Below, in pieces: positions 41,769-51,148 of a stretch of DNA of 64,000 nt. The translations under genes and the position numbers were made by a program. Below the pieces are notes generated by a model. It was given only the letters and a program-made list of their open reading frames with translations, was not told the origin of the DNA and ran no database searches. This DNA is from an uncultured Anaerolineales bacterium (GTDB taxonomy: Bacteria > Chloroflexota > Anaerolineae > Epilineales > Epilineaceae), in the NCBI GenBank assembly GCA_964651245.1, contig CAZYVI010000002.1:78484-142483 (forward strand), given 5' to 3'. How positions within the stretch are numbered: position 1 is the stretch's first letter; each line of letters begins with the position of its first letter.

Positions 41769-43157
41769 TCAGTCGTGACGGCCCAGCCCGGCCACCGCCC
41801 CGCGCCCGGCCAGGCGCCCGGTGGCCCACGCCCAGTGGAAGTTGAAGCCGCCGATGCGGCCGTCGACGTCGAGGACCTCGCCCGCCAGGTGCAGGCCGGG
41901 CGCCCGCCGCGAGGCCATCGTGCGGTGGTCGACCTCGGCGAGCGGGACGCCGCCCGCCGTGACCTCGGCGAAGTCCCAGCCGCGGTCGCCGACGACGGGC
42001 AGCGCCAGCGCCCCGAGCGCCTCGGCCAGGGCGCGGCGCGCGGGGCGGGCCAGCTCGGCCAGGCGCATCGCCGGATCGACGCCGGCGACGGCGCACAGCC
42101 GCCGCGCCACGCGCTCGGGCACGGCGCCGGCGACGACGGCGCCGACGGGACGCCGGCCGTCTTGATGCGCCGCCTCGGCCAGCCAGGCGTCGGCGCCCGC
42201 CGCGTCGCGGCCTGGAAGGAGGCTCAGCCGCAGCTCGGCCGCACCCACCGCCAGCCGCGCCGCCAGCCAGTGCCGGCTGGCGTCGAGGACGACCGGGCCG
42301 CTGACGCCGAAGTGCGTCCAGAGCAGGCTGCCGGCGCGCCGGTCGACGACCTTGCCGCCGGCCGTGGTCGTCAGCTCGGCCGGGTGCGACACGCCCGAGA
42401 GCTCGGCATGAAAGAAGTCGGCCGCGAGGACGAGCGGCACGAGGGCCGGGAACGTCGGCGTCACGGTGTGCCCGAGCCGCGCGGCGAGGGCGTAGCCGCC
42501 GCCATCCGACCCGGTGCGCGGCAGCGATCGGCCGCCGGTGGCCAGCACGACCCGCCGGGCGCGGACGATGTCGGGGCCGACGGCCAGATCGAACGCGGCG
42601 TCCGCGTCGTAGCCGGCGACGGCGTGCGGCGCGCGGCCCGCCGCACCGCCGCCCTCCGCCCCGGCACCCCCAGCGGGCGGCCCCGGCGCGAGCACCGGCT
42701 CGATCGCGTCGACCCGCGCCCGCGTCCGGACGTCGACGCCGCGGGCCGCCGCGCGGGCGACGAGCGCGTCGAGGACGGTCGCGGCGCGGTCGGTCGTCGG
42801 GAACCGCTTGCCGCCCGGCTCGGCCTTGAGCGCCACGCCCAGGTCGGCGAACCACCGCACCGCGGCGTCGGCGTCGAACGTCGCCAGCACGTTGCGGATC
42901 GTCGGCCGCGGCCCGTTGAAGTCGTCGGCGGTGACGCGGACGTTCGTCACGTTGCAGCGGCCGCCGCCGCTGATGAGGATCTTCGCCCCCAGTTTGGGCG
43001 CACCGTCGAACACGGCGATGCGGACCGCCCGACCGAGCTCGGCCGCCCGCTCGGCGGCGAAGATGGCCGCTGCCAATCCGGCGGCACCGGCGCCGATGAT
43101 GGCGACGTCGATGTCGTCGGCGCCGGCAGCGACCGCGCCGCCCGAGGTCGACGTCAC
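41769..43157 (-). CDS. HI0933/BaiN-family NAD(P)/FAD-dependent oxidoreductase
   Basis: N-terminal IDVAIIGAGAAGLAAAIFAAE and a characteristic ILISGGGRCNVTN motif. GTG start overlaps the stop of the upstream gene (GTGA at 43154-43157). Confidence 0.7.
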   Translation of the reverse strand: MTSTSGGAVAAGADDIDVAIIGAGAAGLAAAIFAAERAAELGRAVRIAVFDGAPKLGAKILISGGGRCNVTNVRVTADDFNGPRPTIRNVLATFDADAAVRWFADLGVALKAEPGGKRFPTTDRAATVLDALVARAAARGVDVRTRARVDAIEPVLAPGPPAGGAGAEGGGAAGRAPHAVAGYDADAAFDLAVGPDIVRARRVVLATGGRSLPRTGSDGGGYALAARLGHTVTPTFPALVPLVLAADFFHAELSGVSHPAELTTTAGGKVVDRRAGSLLWTHFGVSGPVVLDASRHWLAARLAVGAAELRLSLLPGRDAAGADAWLAEAAHQDGRRPVGAVVAGAVPERVARRLCAVAGVDPAMRLAELARPARRALAEALGALALPVVGDRGWDFAEVTAGGVPLAEVDHRTMASRRAPGLHLAGEVLDVDGRIGGFNFHWAWATGRLAGRGAVAGLGRHD

Positions 43158-46100
43158 CGGGCGATGTCGCGGGCAGCCCAGGGCAGGTAGGCGGGCGGCG
43201 GGTCGACGACCGGCGGCGGCGTCGGCGAGGCGTCGCGCGGCGGGCGGGCGGTCGGCGACGGGGCGGCGGTCGCCTCGGCGCGGCGCGTTGCCGTCGCGGT
43301 CGGCGCGGTCGGCGCGGTCGGCGACGGCGCGGGCGGGCCGCCCGCCGGCAGTCGATAGGTCAACGTGAGCACGGCGCCCTTCTGCCTCAGTTCGGACTCG
43401 GCGCCGTGGAAGATCACCGACGGGACAGCGCCCGGCGTGCCCACGAGGCGCAGCGCGTAGCCGTAGTCCTGGGCGGGGTGGTCGAACCAGAACCGGAACG
43501 CCTCGGTGACGAGCGGCCCGGCGAACGTCGTGCGCGCGTTGATCGCCGCCATCGGCGCGACGGCGTCGACGCGCTCGGCCAGGTCGAAGGCGCCGTCGTA
43601 GTCCGACACGCGGTCGCCTTGCCCGCCGGTGGCCTGGGCGCCGGGCTTTTTCCAGGGCTCGTTCGGGTGGCGATGGCTGTTCCAGGTCGGGCCGCCGACC
43701 GGGTTCTGGTTGTAGTCGTTGCTGCCGGGCGGGTCGCCCCAGCCCTGGAGGACACGCCGCAGCTCGATCGCCTGGGCGTCGCCGTCGCGCGGCGCGAGCG
43801 TAAAGCGGGCCTCGAGGACGTCGTCGGCGCGCGTGACGCCGGTGGCGGCGCGGAACGCGTCGCGCCACGCGAAGCGGACGAAGCCCGGGTTCGGCCCGGC
43901 ATCGGTCCGGACGACCCAGGGGCTGTCGTTGCCCCAGCTGGCCAACCCGGGGCCGATCGGCGAGGCGTCGAGGACCGGCACGGTGAGGTTCTCGTAGCCC
44001 GAGGCGCCCAGCGTGATCGTCAGCGACTCGCCCAGCGTGAAGGCGTGGGTGTTGCGCGGATCGCCCGGGTCGATCGCGTTGGCGACGCCACCGCTGGCCT
44101 CGTCGGCGGCGTCGCGGATCGGGCCGGCCGGCGCCAGGGTGTAGCGCGCGCCGCCCGGCGCGGCCGCGAGCGCCGTCGTCAGCGTCACGCGGTCGCCGTT
44201 CTGGGGGTCGACCACGGCCGCCAGCACCGGCTGGCGGGCGCCGGACGGCAGGGCCACGAGCGCGTAGTTCGCCGGGTCGGCGGCGCTCTCGGCGTCGATC
44301 GTCTCGTTGAACCAGACCTCGATGCGCTGGGACGAGGTGGCCGCGACGCGCTCGAAGCGGGGCGGCGCGGTGTCCCGCAGCTGCGGCACGGCCTTGCCGT
44401 CGAGCTGGCCGTCGATGGACAGCACGAACTCGGCCAGGTCGAGCCGCTGCCGCACCGTGAGGCCGTCGAGGCGGCCGTGCGGCTGGGGCCGATCGGGGTC
44501 GGCGAAGTCGTCGAACAGGCCCATGATGTCGGTGGCCCAGCGGTAGGCGCCGCGCAGGTGGGGCCGGGCGAACGCGCCGACGAGGCTGGCGGTGTTCGTG
44601 CACCACAGGCAGTCGCCGCGCTGGGCGGCGTCGTTGAGCTCGCGCTCCTCGGCCGGCCGCCGGGCGCCGACGTCGTGGAAGCCGTGGTCCAGGAAGGCCG
44701 TCGCCGGGACGTGGCAGCCCGCGCAGTCGGCGTCGGCCGGGCGGGCGCGCGGGCTGCCGTTGAAGTACGTCGCGCCGCGGACGGCCGCCTCGGTCAGGCT
44801 GCCGTCGGCGGCGCGATGCGGGCTGCGGGCCAGCGGCGGCACCCGCAGCATGTACGCCGCCAGGGCGTCGAGGTCGGCGTCGCGGCCGGCGTTGGGCGGG
44901 CCGAGCTCGGCCTGGACGTCGTCACCCAGGAAGCCGGTGCCGCCCATCTGCGGCCCGCGGAGCGTCCACTCGAAGTCCTGGATCTCGTCGCGGTCGCCGC
45001 TGGCGTGGAGCTCGCCCCAGCCCAGCCGCGGGTGCCGCTGGCCAGCGGTGAAGGTGCGGCCGAGGCCCAGCAGGTCGTGCGTCACGCGCGGGCCGTGGCG
45101 CTGGCCGGCGGTGCCGGCGGGCGTGGTGTGCATCCCCCAGCTGCGGCCGTCGCTCTCGCCGTTGATATGGCAGGTGGCGCAGGCCACCTTCTCGTTGGCC
45201 GAGATGCGCGGGTCGGCGCTGGTGTAGAACAGCTTGGCGCCGCGCAGCAACTGCGGGTTCGTGACGGGGTAGCGCTCCCAGCGCGCCGGCACGCCCGTGG
45301 CCACGCGCCCGACCTCGCGCGGCCGGGCCGGATCGGCGAGGTCGACGATCGAGACGTCGAGCGAGAGGTCGTTGGCGATGTAGGCCACCGGCTCCGTCGG
45401 CGACAGCGCCACGCCCATCGGCCGGTCGCCGACGCGGACCTCGGGCAGGCGCGGGGCGCGCGGGTCCGTCGCCGAGCGCACCGGCGGCGTGTCCCACGGC
45501 AGGACGACGACCTCGTTGCTCTGCTCGGCCACCACCGCGGCGTGGACGCGGCCGTCCAGCCGGGCGAAGCCGATGTCGACAGCGCCGGAGATGCCGGCAT
45601 TCCAGCCCCAGCCCTGCCAAGCGGGGTTGTTGTGGCCGGCGGTGGGGTTGTGGACGCTGACGGCGGTGAGGACGATCTTGGCGTCGTTGAGCACGCGCCG
45701 TGTGGCGAGGTCGAGGCGGCGCAGCGAGACCTGGACCGTGCTGTCGGGCGTGAACGACTCGGCGTGCATGTTGTGGTACTGCGTCGGCAGCCAGAGCTGC
45801 GACAGCCCGGTCGACGACGGGATCTGGGCCGGGTGGCCGCGGAAGTTCTGGTAGCCGCCCTCCGCGACGTTCTTGGCGCCGTCGGCCTGCGTGAGCCGGG
45901 GGTTGTGCTGCGGCGTGGCGGCAAAGCCCGTCGCCCGCGTGGCCACCACGGGGACGGGGCCGGTGATGTCGACGCGGGCCAGCTGGGCGTGCTCGTCGGT
46001 GACGATGAGCTGGTTGACCCAGGCCGAGGCGCCGTCCTCCGTCCAGACGATGCCGTGCGGCGCCGGGAACACCTCGCCCAGCGGGATCACCTGGCGCGTG

Positions 46101-46648
46101 GCGGTGTCGATGGCGGCCAAGGCGCCGGCGCGGTGCAGCGTTACCAGCGCCCAGCGCTGGGCCCCGGTGGCGGCGTCGGGCCGCGACAGCGCCACCGAGT
46201 ACGGCCCGCTGCCCCACGGCAGGTCCACGACGTGGCGGATCGCGCCGCTGGCGCCGTCGAGGACGTAGACGCGGTCCGTGTCGTGGGCCGCCACCCAAAC
46301 CTCGCGGCCGTCCTCGGACACCGACACGCCGCGCGGGCCGTTCGTCACCCGGACGTCGGGCAGCGGGAACGCCGCCACCGAGCGGTCGCGGGTGTCGATC
46401 CGGAACACCGAGTCGGCGTGCTGGTTCGCCAACCACACCCATCGACCGTCGGCCGTGATCTGGATCGGCCCGCTCTTGAAGCCGCGGTCCCCCACGGCGG
46501 CCGCCGACGCCGCCGCCGCCCGCGCCGGCATCGCCGCCTGCGCCGCGGCGGACCGGGCGAACGGCAGCGGGGCGAGCAGCGCGGCGAGGGCGACGAGGCG
46601 GACGGCGCGGACGGCGGGGCCGGGGCGGAGGGGGTGGGTGGGGCGCAT
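43154..46648 (-). CDS. secreted protein of about 1160 aa: YVTN-type beta-propeller, di-heme cytochrome c (CCP/MauG-like) region, C-terminal beta-domain, and a Pro/Thr/Ala tail
   Basis: Signal peptide MRPTHPLRPGPAVRAVRLVALAALLAPLPFARSAAAQA. Two CxxCH haem motifs (CATCH, CAGCH) separated by about 170 aa. A PAPSPTAPTAPTATATRRAEATAAPSPTARPP tail. Confidence 0.65.
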   Translation of the reverse strand: MRPTHPLRPGPAVRAVRLVALAALLAPLPFARSAAAQAAMPARAAAASAAAVGDRGFKSGPIQITADGRWVWLANQHADSVFRIDTRDRSVAAFPLPDVRVTNGPRGVSVSEDGREVWVAAHDTDRVYVLDGASGAIRHVVDLPWGSGPYSVALSRPDAATGAQRWALVTLHRAGALAAIDTATRQVIPLGEVFPAPHGIVWTEDGASAWVNQLIVTDEHAQLARVDITGPVPVVATRATGFAATPQHNPRLTQADGAKNVAEGGYQNFRGHPAQIPSSTGLSQLWLPTQYHNMHAESFTPDSTVQVSLRRLDLATRRVLNDAKIVLTAVSVHNPTAGHNNPAWQGWGWNAGISGAVDIGFARLDGRVHAAVVAEQSNEVVVLPWDTPPVRSATDPRAPRLPEVRVGDRPMGVALSPTEPVAYIANDLSLDVSIVDLADPARPREVGRVATGVPARWERYPVTNPQLLRGAKLFYTSADPRISANEKVACATCHINGESDGRSWGMHTTPAGTAGQRHGPRVTHDLLGLGRTFTAGQRHPRLGWGELHASGDRDEIQDFEWTLRGPQMGGTGFLGDDVQAELGPPNAGRDADLDALAAYMLRVPPLARSPHRAADGSLTEAAVRGATYFNGSPRARPADADCAGCHVPATAFLDHGFHDVGARRPAEERELNDAAQRGDCLWCTNTASLVGAFARPHLRGAYRWATDIMGLFDDFADPDRPQPHGRLDGLTVRQRLDLAEFVLSIDGQLDGKAVPQLRDTAPPRFERVAATSSQRIEVWFNETIDAESAADPANYALVALPSGARQPVLAAVVDPQNGDRVTLTTALAAAPGGARYTLAPAGPIRDAADEASGGVANAIDPGDPRNTHAFTLGESLTITLGASGYENLTVPVLDASPIGPGLASWGNDSPWVVRTDAGPNPGFVRFAWRDAFRAATGVTRADDVLEARFTLAPRDGDAQAIELRRVLQGWGDPPGSNDYNQNPVGGPTWNSHRHPNEPWKKPGAQATGGQGDRVSDYDGAFDLAERVDAVAPMAAINARTTFAGPLVTEAFRFWFDHPAQDYGYALRLVGTPGAVPSVIFHGAESELRQKGAVLTLTYRLPAGGPPAPSPTAPTAPTATATRRAEATAAPSPTARPPRDASPTPPPVVDPPPAYLPWAARDIAR

Positions 46649-46816
46649 CGGGCGGTCCTGTTCGTGCGGTGGAAGGACGGGGTCGATCCCGTCCGACGCG
46701 ACATGAGGGCGGATGCTGGAGCGAATCGCGCCGACCCGGCCGGGCGTCACATCGCCTCGACCGGCGCCGTATGATGGGGTCTCGACGGGATCGCACCCCA
46801 ACCGCGAGCAACGGCC

Positions 46817-49800
46817 ATGGCGAACGCACAGCCGCGAGCGAACCTTCGCGCCCGCCGGGCGATCCTGACGATCGCCGCGCTCACCCTGCTGGCCGCGGGG
46901 CGCGCCCCGGCGCCGCCGGCGGCGGCGGATCGTCGCCTGGTCGACGACCCGCTCCCCCACCTCCTCGCCACCGGCCAGCCCCACGGCGTCGTCGGCAACC
47001 GCGGCGAGCGCGCCGACGGCAACGGCGACGACGGCGACCTGGCCCGCGGCCGGGCGCCCGACTGGTCGTACGCCGATGTCGTCACGCCGACGACGCAGGC
47101 CGAGAACGTCGCCCTCGACCGCAACACGGGCCTGATGTGGCTGCGCCAGCCGCGCCTCGTCGACGGGTCCGCCGCGGCCGACCCGACCGCCGTCGGCGGC
47201 AACGTCGACCTCGCGGCGCCGCTCGACTGGCAGGCCGCACTGGACGCGGTGGCAGCGCTGTCGTACGCCGGCTTCGACGACTGGCGGCTGCCCAACGTCA
47301 ACGAGCTCGAGACGATCGTCGACTTCGGCCGCCAGGCGCCGGCCCTCGACGTGCTGGTGTTCGGGGCGCCGCGCGCGGGCGAGAGCACGTACCTGTGGTC
47401 GTCGACGACGCGGCCCGACGCGCCGCGCGAGGCCTTCTACCTCAACGCGTTCGACGGTCACCTCTACCCCTGGCCCAAGACGTGGGCCTTCGCCACCCGC
47501 CCCGTCCGTTCGACCGCGGTTGCCGATCCCGCCGCCGACCCCGTCGCCCTCTTCCGCACCGGCCAGACGGCGCGCTACACCGGCAACGACGGCGAGCTGG
47601 GCGGCGCGAACGACGACGACGGCGCGCTGCAGCTCGGCCTCGCAGCCGACTACGCCTTCGCCGACGACGGCGTCATCGACACCGCCGCCGAAAACGTCGC
47701 CGTCGACCGCGCCACCGGGCTGGCCTGGCTGCGCGACCTGCGCCCCATCACCGGCGGCGGCATCGACGACGCAGCCGTCGCCGGCAACATCGCGCTCCAC
47801 GCCCGCCTCGACTGGCAAGCGGCCGTCTCCGCCTGCCAGGCCCTGCGCTACGACGGCCACGACGATTGGCGGCTGCCCAACATCCGCGAACTATGGTCGC
47901 TGGCCCGACCCGGCAGCGCCGACGGCCCCCTCGACCCCGTCGCCTTCCCCGGCGCCGCCGTCTCGGGCGTGCCCGACGAGCCGTTCGTGTGGTGGTCGTC
48001 GACCACCACCGCCGGCGACCACCCCGCCGCCCCGGCCGCCGACCGCGCCTGGTACCTCGGCACGTCGCTGCCGCTCATCCGCCACCACGTGGCCCCGGCG
48101 TTCCAGCCGCCCAAGGCGCGCCCCGGCTACGCCCGCTGCGTCCGCGACATCGTCCCCGACGTCCACCCCGACGGTTGGCGACCGGCCCTCCGCGCCAGCG
48201 CCGACTGGACGGCGCTCACCGTCGCCGTCGACCGGCCCGACGTCTGGCGCGAGGGCAAGTGGCTGGCCGCCGCGTCGCCCGACGCCGCGGCCCCGTTCGA
48301 CATCGCCTTCCAGGACGCCGGCCGCTTCGCCCTCCACCTCGACTTCCTGCGCGCCGCCTTCCCGGAGCGCTACGGCGGCCTCGACGCCGCCGAGTACACC
48401 GCCATCACCGCCCGCCGCGCCACCCGCCGCCTGCTCGCCGGCGGCCTGCGCAGCTTCGGCGCGGCCGACGGCACGCCGGTCTACGGCTTCGACGTCTTCA
48501 CCGCCGACGGCGAGCCGGCTGAGCTGCTGACGCTGCCCGAAACCTTGACCCTCTACCGCCGCCTGGCGCGCGCCTTCCACCGCCGCCCTCTCGTCTACGC
48601 CCCGACCCAGCCCGAAGCCATCGCCCTGGCCCGCACCTGGCGCCACCCCGGCCTGCCGATCGGCTTCCCGGCCAGCCCGCCGCCCGCCACCTTCGAGGCC
48701 TATACGACCGGCATCGCCTACGGCACCGTCCGCCGCCTCACGCTCGACGCGCTCGCGTCGGCCGTCGCCGGCGGCGCCTTGGGCTGGCAGGACCTCGTCG
48801 TCCTCGACCGCGTCCCGACCGACGTCGACGTCGTCGTGGCCGGCGTCGTCACCGGCGGGCGGCAGGGTCCGCTGTCGCACCTCAACGTCCGCCTCGCCCG
48901 CCGCGGCACCCCCAACGCCTTCGTCGCCGACGCCCACGCCGCGTTCGCGGCCCACGACGGCCGCCTGGTGCGGCTCGAGGTCGACGGGGCCGGCTACCGC
49001 GTCGTGCCCGACGTGCCGTTGGACGAAGCGACCGCCTGGTGGGCCGCGCACCGCCCGCCGCCGGTCGCGATCACGCCGCCCGATGTCGCCCACGCCGGCC
49101 TCGACGACCTGGCCCAGATCGCCGCCGGCGACGTCGTCACCGATCCGCTGCGCTCGGCGACGCGCCGTTTCGGCGGCAAGGCCGCCAACCTGGCCCGCCT
49201 CTACGCCTTCCTGCCGCCGGCCCACCAGGTCCCCGGCTTCGCCATCCCGTTCAGCGCCTACCAGCACTACGTCACGACGAACACGATGGCCGACCCGCGC
49301 GACCCCCTCAGCCCGCCGCGCTCCTACGCCGACGTCCTCGCCGCCCTCCACGCCGACCTCCGCTTCCAGGCCGACCCCCGCTACCGCGCCCCGCTCCTCG
49401 ACGCCGTCCACGACGCCCTCGACGACGACGGCGCCGTCGACCCCGCCCTCGTCGCCACCCTGGGGGCGCGCATCGACGCCGTCTTCGGCCCCGGCGTCAT
49501 GGTCCGCTTCCGGTCGTCGTCGAACGCCGAGGACGGCGTCGCCTTCAACGGCGCCGGCCTCTACGACTCGACGAGCGTCTGCGCCGCCGACTCGCGCGAC
49601 GCCGACACGGCCGGCCCGTCGCGCTGCGACCCCAACCAGCCCAAGGAGCGCACGATCGAGCGCGGCTTGCGCACCGTCTTCGCCAGCCTCTGGAACCCCC
49701 GCGCCTGGTCGGAGCGCGCCTACTACGGCATCGACCCGTCGCGCGTGGCGATGGCGATCCTGGTCACGCCCGCCTTCCCCAACGAGCGCGCCAACGGCGT

Positions 49801-51079
49801 CGCCTTCACCGGCGATCCGAGCCGGCCCGAGGCGCGCGGCGAGATGGTCGTGAACGCCCAGGACGGCGACGCCAGCGTCGTCCTGCCCGAGAGCGGCGAC
49901 CTCCCAGAGCGCAGCGTCATCCTGTTCGACCCCGCCAGCGGCGCCGTCACCGGCATCCGCCGCCTCCAGGCCTCGAGCCGCGTCCCGCCCGGCACCCAGG
50001 TGGTGTCCGACGCCGAACTGCGACGCCTCGGCGAGCTCCTCCTCCTCGCCCGCGACCGGCTGCCGATCGACACCGGCGGCCACGACCGCGCGCGCATCCA
50101 GCTCGACGTCGAGTGGAAGATCCGCCGCGGCGACAACGCGCTGCTCCTCAAGCAGATCCGCCCGTTCCTGCCCGCCCCGCCGCCCCCCATCCCAACCCTC
50201 CACGTCGTCGTCCCCGACGCCCTGGCGCTCTGCACGATGTGGCGCCCCTCGTCGACGCCGCTCGACGAGCTGGCCGCCAAGCGCGTCGTCACGCTGACCG
50301 CGGGCACGACCCGCGTCCCGATGACCACCACCGCCGCCTCCCACGCCCTCTTCGCCGCCCTCGCCGACGGCCGCGACGGCACCCCCGGCGCCGCCGACGG
50401 CCCCGGCGAAGTGGTCCTGTCCACCGACCCCTTCCGTCCCGGCCTCTACCACGCCCGCTTCACGCGCCGCTTCCGCCTCGGTCCCGATCGCTTCGAGGCG
50501 CGCCTGTCGCTGTCCGACATCCGCGCGTCCGCCCCCGGCGCCGTCCGCCTCGACAGCGACAGCCTGACCGCCGGCAACGCCATCGTCACCCTCGCCCAGC
50601 TCGACACCGGCGCCGAGGTGCCGCCGGAGCAGATCCTCGGCCCATGCGGCCTGCCCGTCCTGCCCCGCCAGCGCTACGACCTGCGCCTCGCCGACGGCAC
50701 CCGCGTGACGCTGCTGCTGCGCAAGGGCCGCGGCTTCTTCAGCTACCGCTGGGCCACGCTCGTCGGCGCCACCGTCGACGGACCCGTCGGCCACGCCGAG
50801 GTGACCGACCTGCGGCGCCTCGTCTACAGCGCGATGCGCCACAACTGGTCCGAGCGCCTCGTCGTCCTCTTCGACCCCCCGCTCGGCCCCGCCGACGAGG
50901 TCCGCGGCCTCGAGATCGCCCAGGACGGCACGAACCCCGGCGACGGCACGTACACGGCCGTCTACCTCGACGCCGAACTGCGCCCGCTGCGCAACCTCGC
51001 CGTGACGTCGTTCGTACACACCGACCTGCCGCCCGGTGGCGGGGCGTATCGGATCGTGCTACCGTGGGCGGAGCGGTAG
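46817..51079 (+). CDS. 1420-aa protein with Tat-like signal, two DUF1566 (Lcl-C-terminal-like) domains, a PEP-utilising-enzyme ATP-grasp (PPDK_N-like) domain, and a C-terminal unknown region
   Basis: N-terminus MANAQPRANLRARRAILTIAALTLLAAG. DUF1566 signatures DWRLPNVNELETIV and DWRLPNIRELWSL. PPDK_N-like signatures RRFGGKAANLARL and VRFRSSSNAEDGVAFNGAGLYDSTSV. Confidence 0.6.
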   Translation: MANAQPRANLRARRAILTIAALTLLAAGRAPAPPAAADRRLVDDPLPHLLATGQPHGVVGNRGERADGNGDDGDLARGRAPDWSYADVVTPTTQAENVALDRNTGLMWLRQPRLVDGSAAADPTAVGGNVDLAAPLDWQAALDAVAALSYAGFDDWRLPNVNELETIVDFGRQAPALDVLVFGAPRAGESTYLWSSTTRPDAPREAFYLNAFDGHLYPWPKTWAFATRPVRSTAVADPAADPVALFRTGQTARYTGNDGELGGANDDDGALQLGLAADYAFADDGVIDTAAENVAVDRATGLAWLRDLRPITGGGIDDAAVAGNIALHARLDWQAAVSACQALRYDGHDDWRLPNIRELWSLARPGSADGPLDPVAFPGAAVSGVPDEPFVWWSSTTTAGDHPAAPAADRAWYLGTSLPLIRHHVAPAFQPPKARPGYARCVRDIVPDVHPDGWRPALRASADWTALTVAVDRPDVWREGKWLAAASPDAAAPFDIAFQDAGRFALHLDFLRAAFPERYGGLDAAEYTAITARRATRRLLAGGLRSFGAADGTPVYGFDVFTADGEPAELLTLPETLTLYRRLARAFHRRPLVYAPTQPEAIALARTWRHPGLPIGFPASPPPATFEAYTTGIAYGTVRRLTLDALASAVAGGALGWQDLVVLDRVPTDVDVVVAGVVTGGRQGPLSHLNVRLARRGTPNAFVADAHAAFAAHDGRLVRLEVDGAGYRVVPDVPLDEATAWWAAHRPPPVAITPPDVAHAGLDDLAQIAAGDVVTDPLRSATRRFGGKAANLARLYAFLPPAHQVPGFAIPFSAYQHYVTTNTMADPRDPLSPPRSYADVLAALHADLRFQADPRYRAPLLDAVHDALDDDGAVDPALVATLGARIDAVFGPGVMVRFRSSSNAEDGVAFNGAGLYDSTSVCAADSRDADTAGPSRCDPNQPKERTIERGLRTVFASLWNPRAWSERAYYGIDPSRVAMAILVTPAFPNERANGVAFTGDPSRPEARGEMVVNAQDGDASVVLPESGDLPERSVILFDPASGAVTGIRRLQASSRVPPGTQVVSDAELRRLGELLLLARDRLPIDTGGHDRARIQLDVEWKIRRGDNALLLKQIRPFLPAPPPPIPTLHVVVPDALALCTMWRPSSTPLDELAAKRVVTLTAGTTRVPMTTTAASHALFAALADGRDGTPGAADGPGEVVLSTDPFRPGLYHARFTRRFRLGPDRFEARLSLSDIRASAPGAVRLDSDSLTAGNAIVTLAQLDTGAEVPPEQILGPCGLPVLPRQRYDLRLADGTRVTLLLRKGRGFFSYRWATLVGATVDGPVGHAEVTDLRRLVYSAMRHNWSERLVVLFDPPLGPADEVRGLEIAQDGTNPGDGTYTAVYLDAELRPLRNLAVTSFVHTDLPPGGGAYRIVLPWAER

Positions 51080-51148
51080 GCCGACGACACGCGGTCGCCG
51101 CGGGTCCGGTTCTTCGCCACGCCTTCATCGCACCCCAGGACGTGACCC

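Noticed and set aside
43406-46774. 1122-aa forward ORF opposite the cytochrome/propeller gene
   Set aside because: It is antisense-like (runs of R, G, A, D, V with no motifs), while the reverse frame has a signal peptide and CxxCH motifs. The same reasoning rejected 54434..58441, 47891..51019, 51125..53365, 60690..63182, 4088..7324 and 12266..14095.
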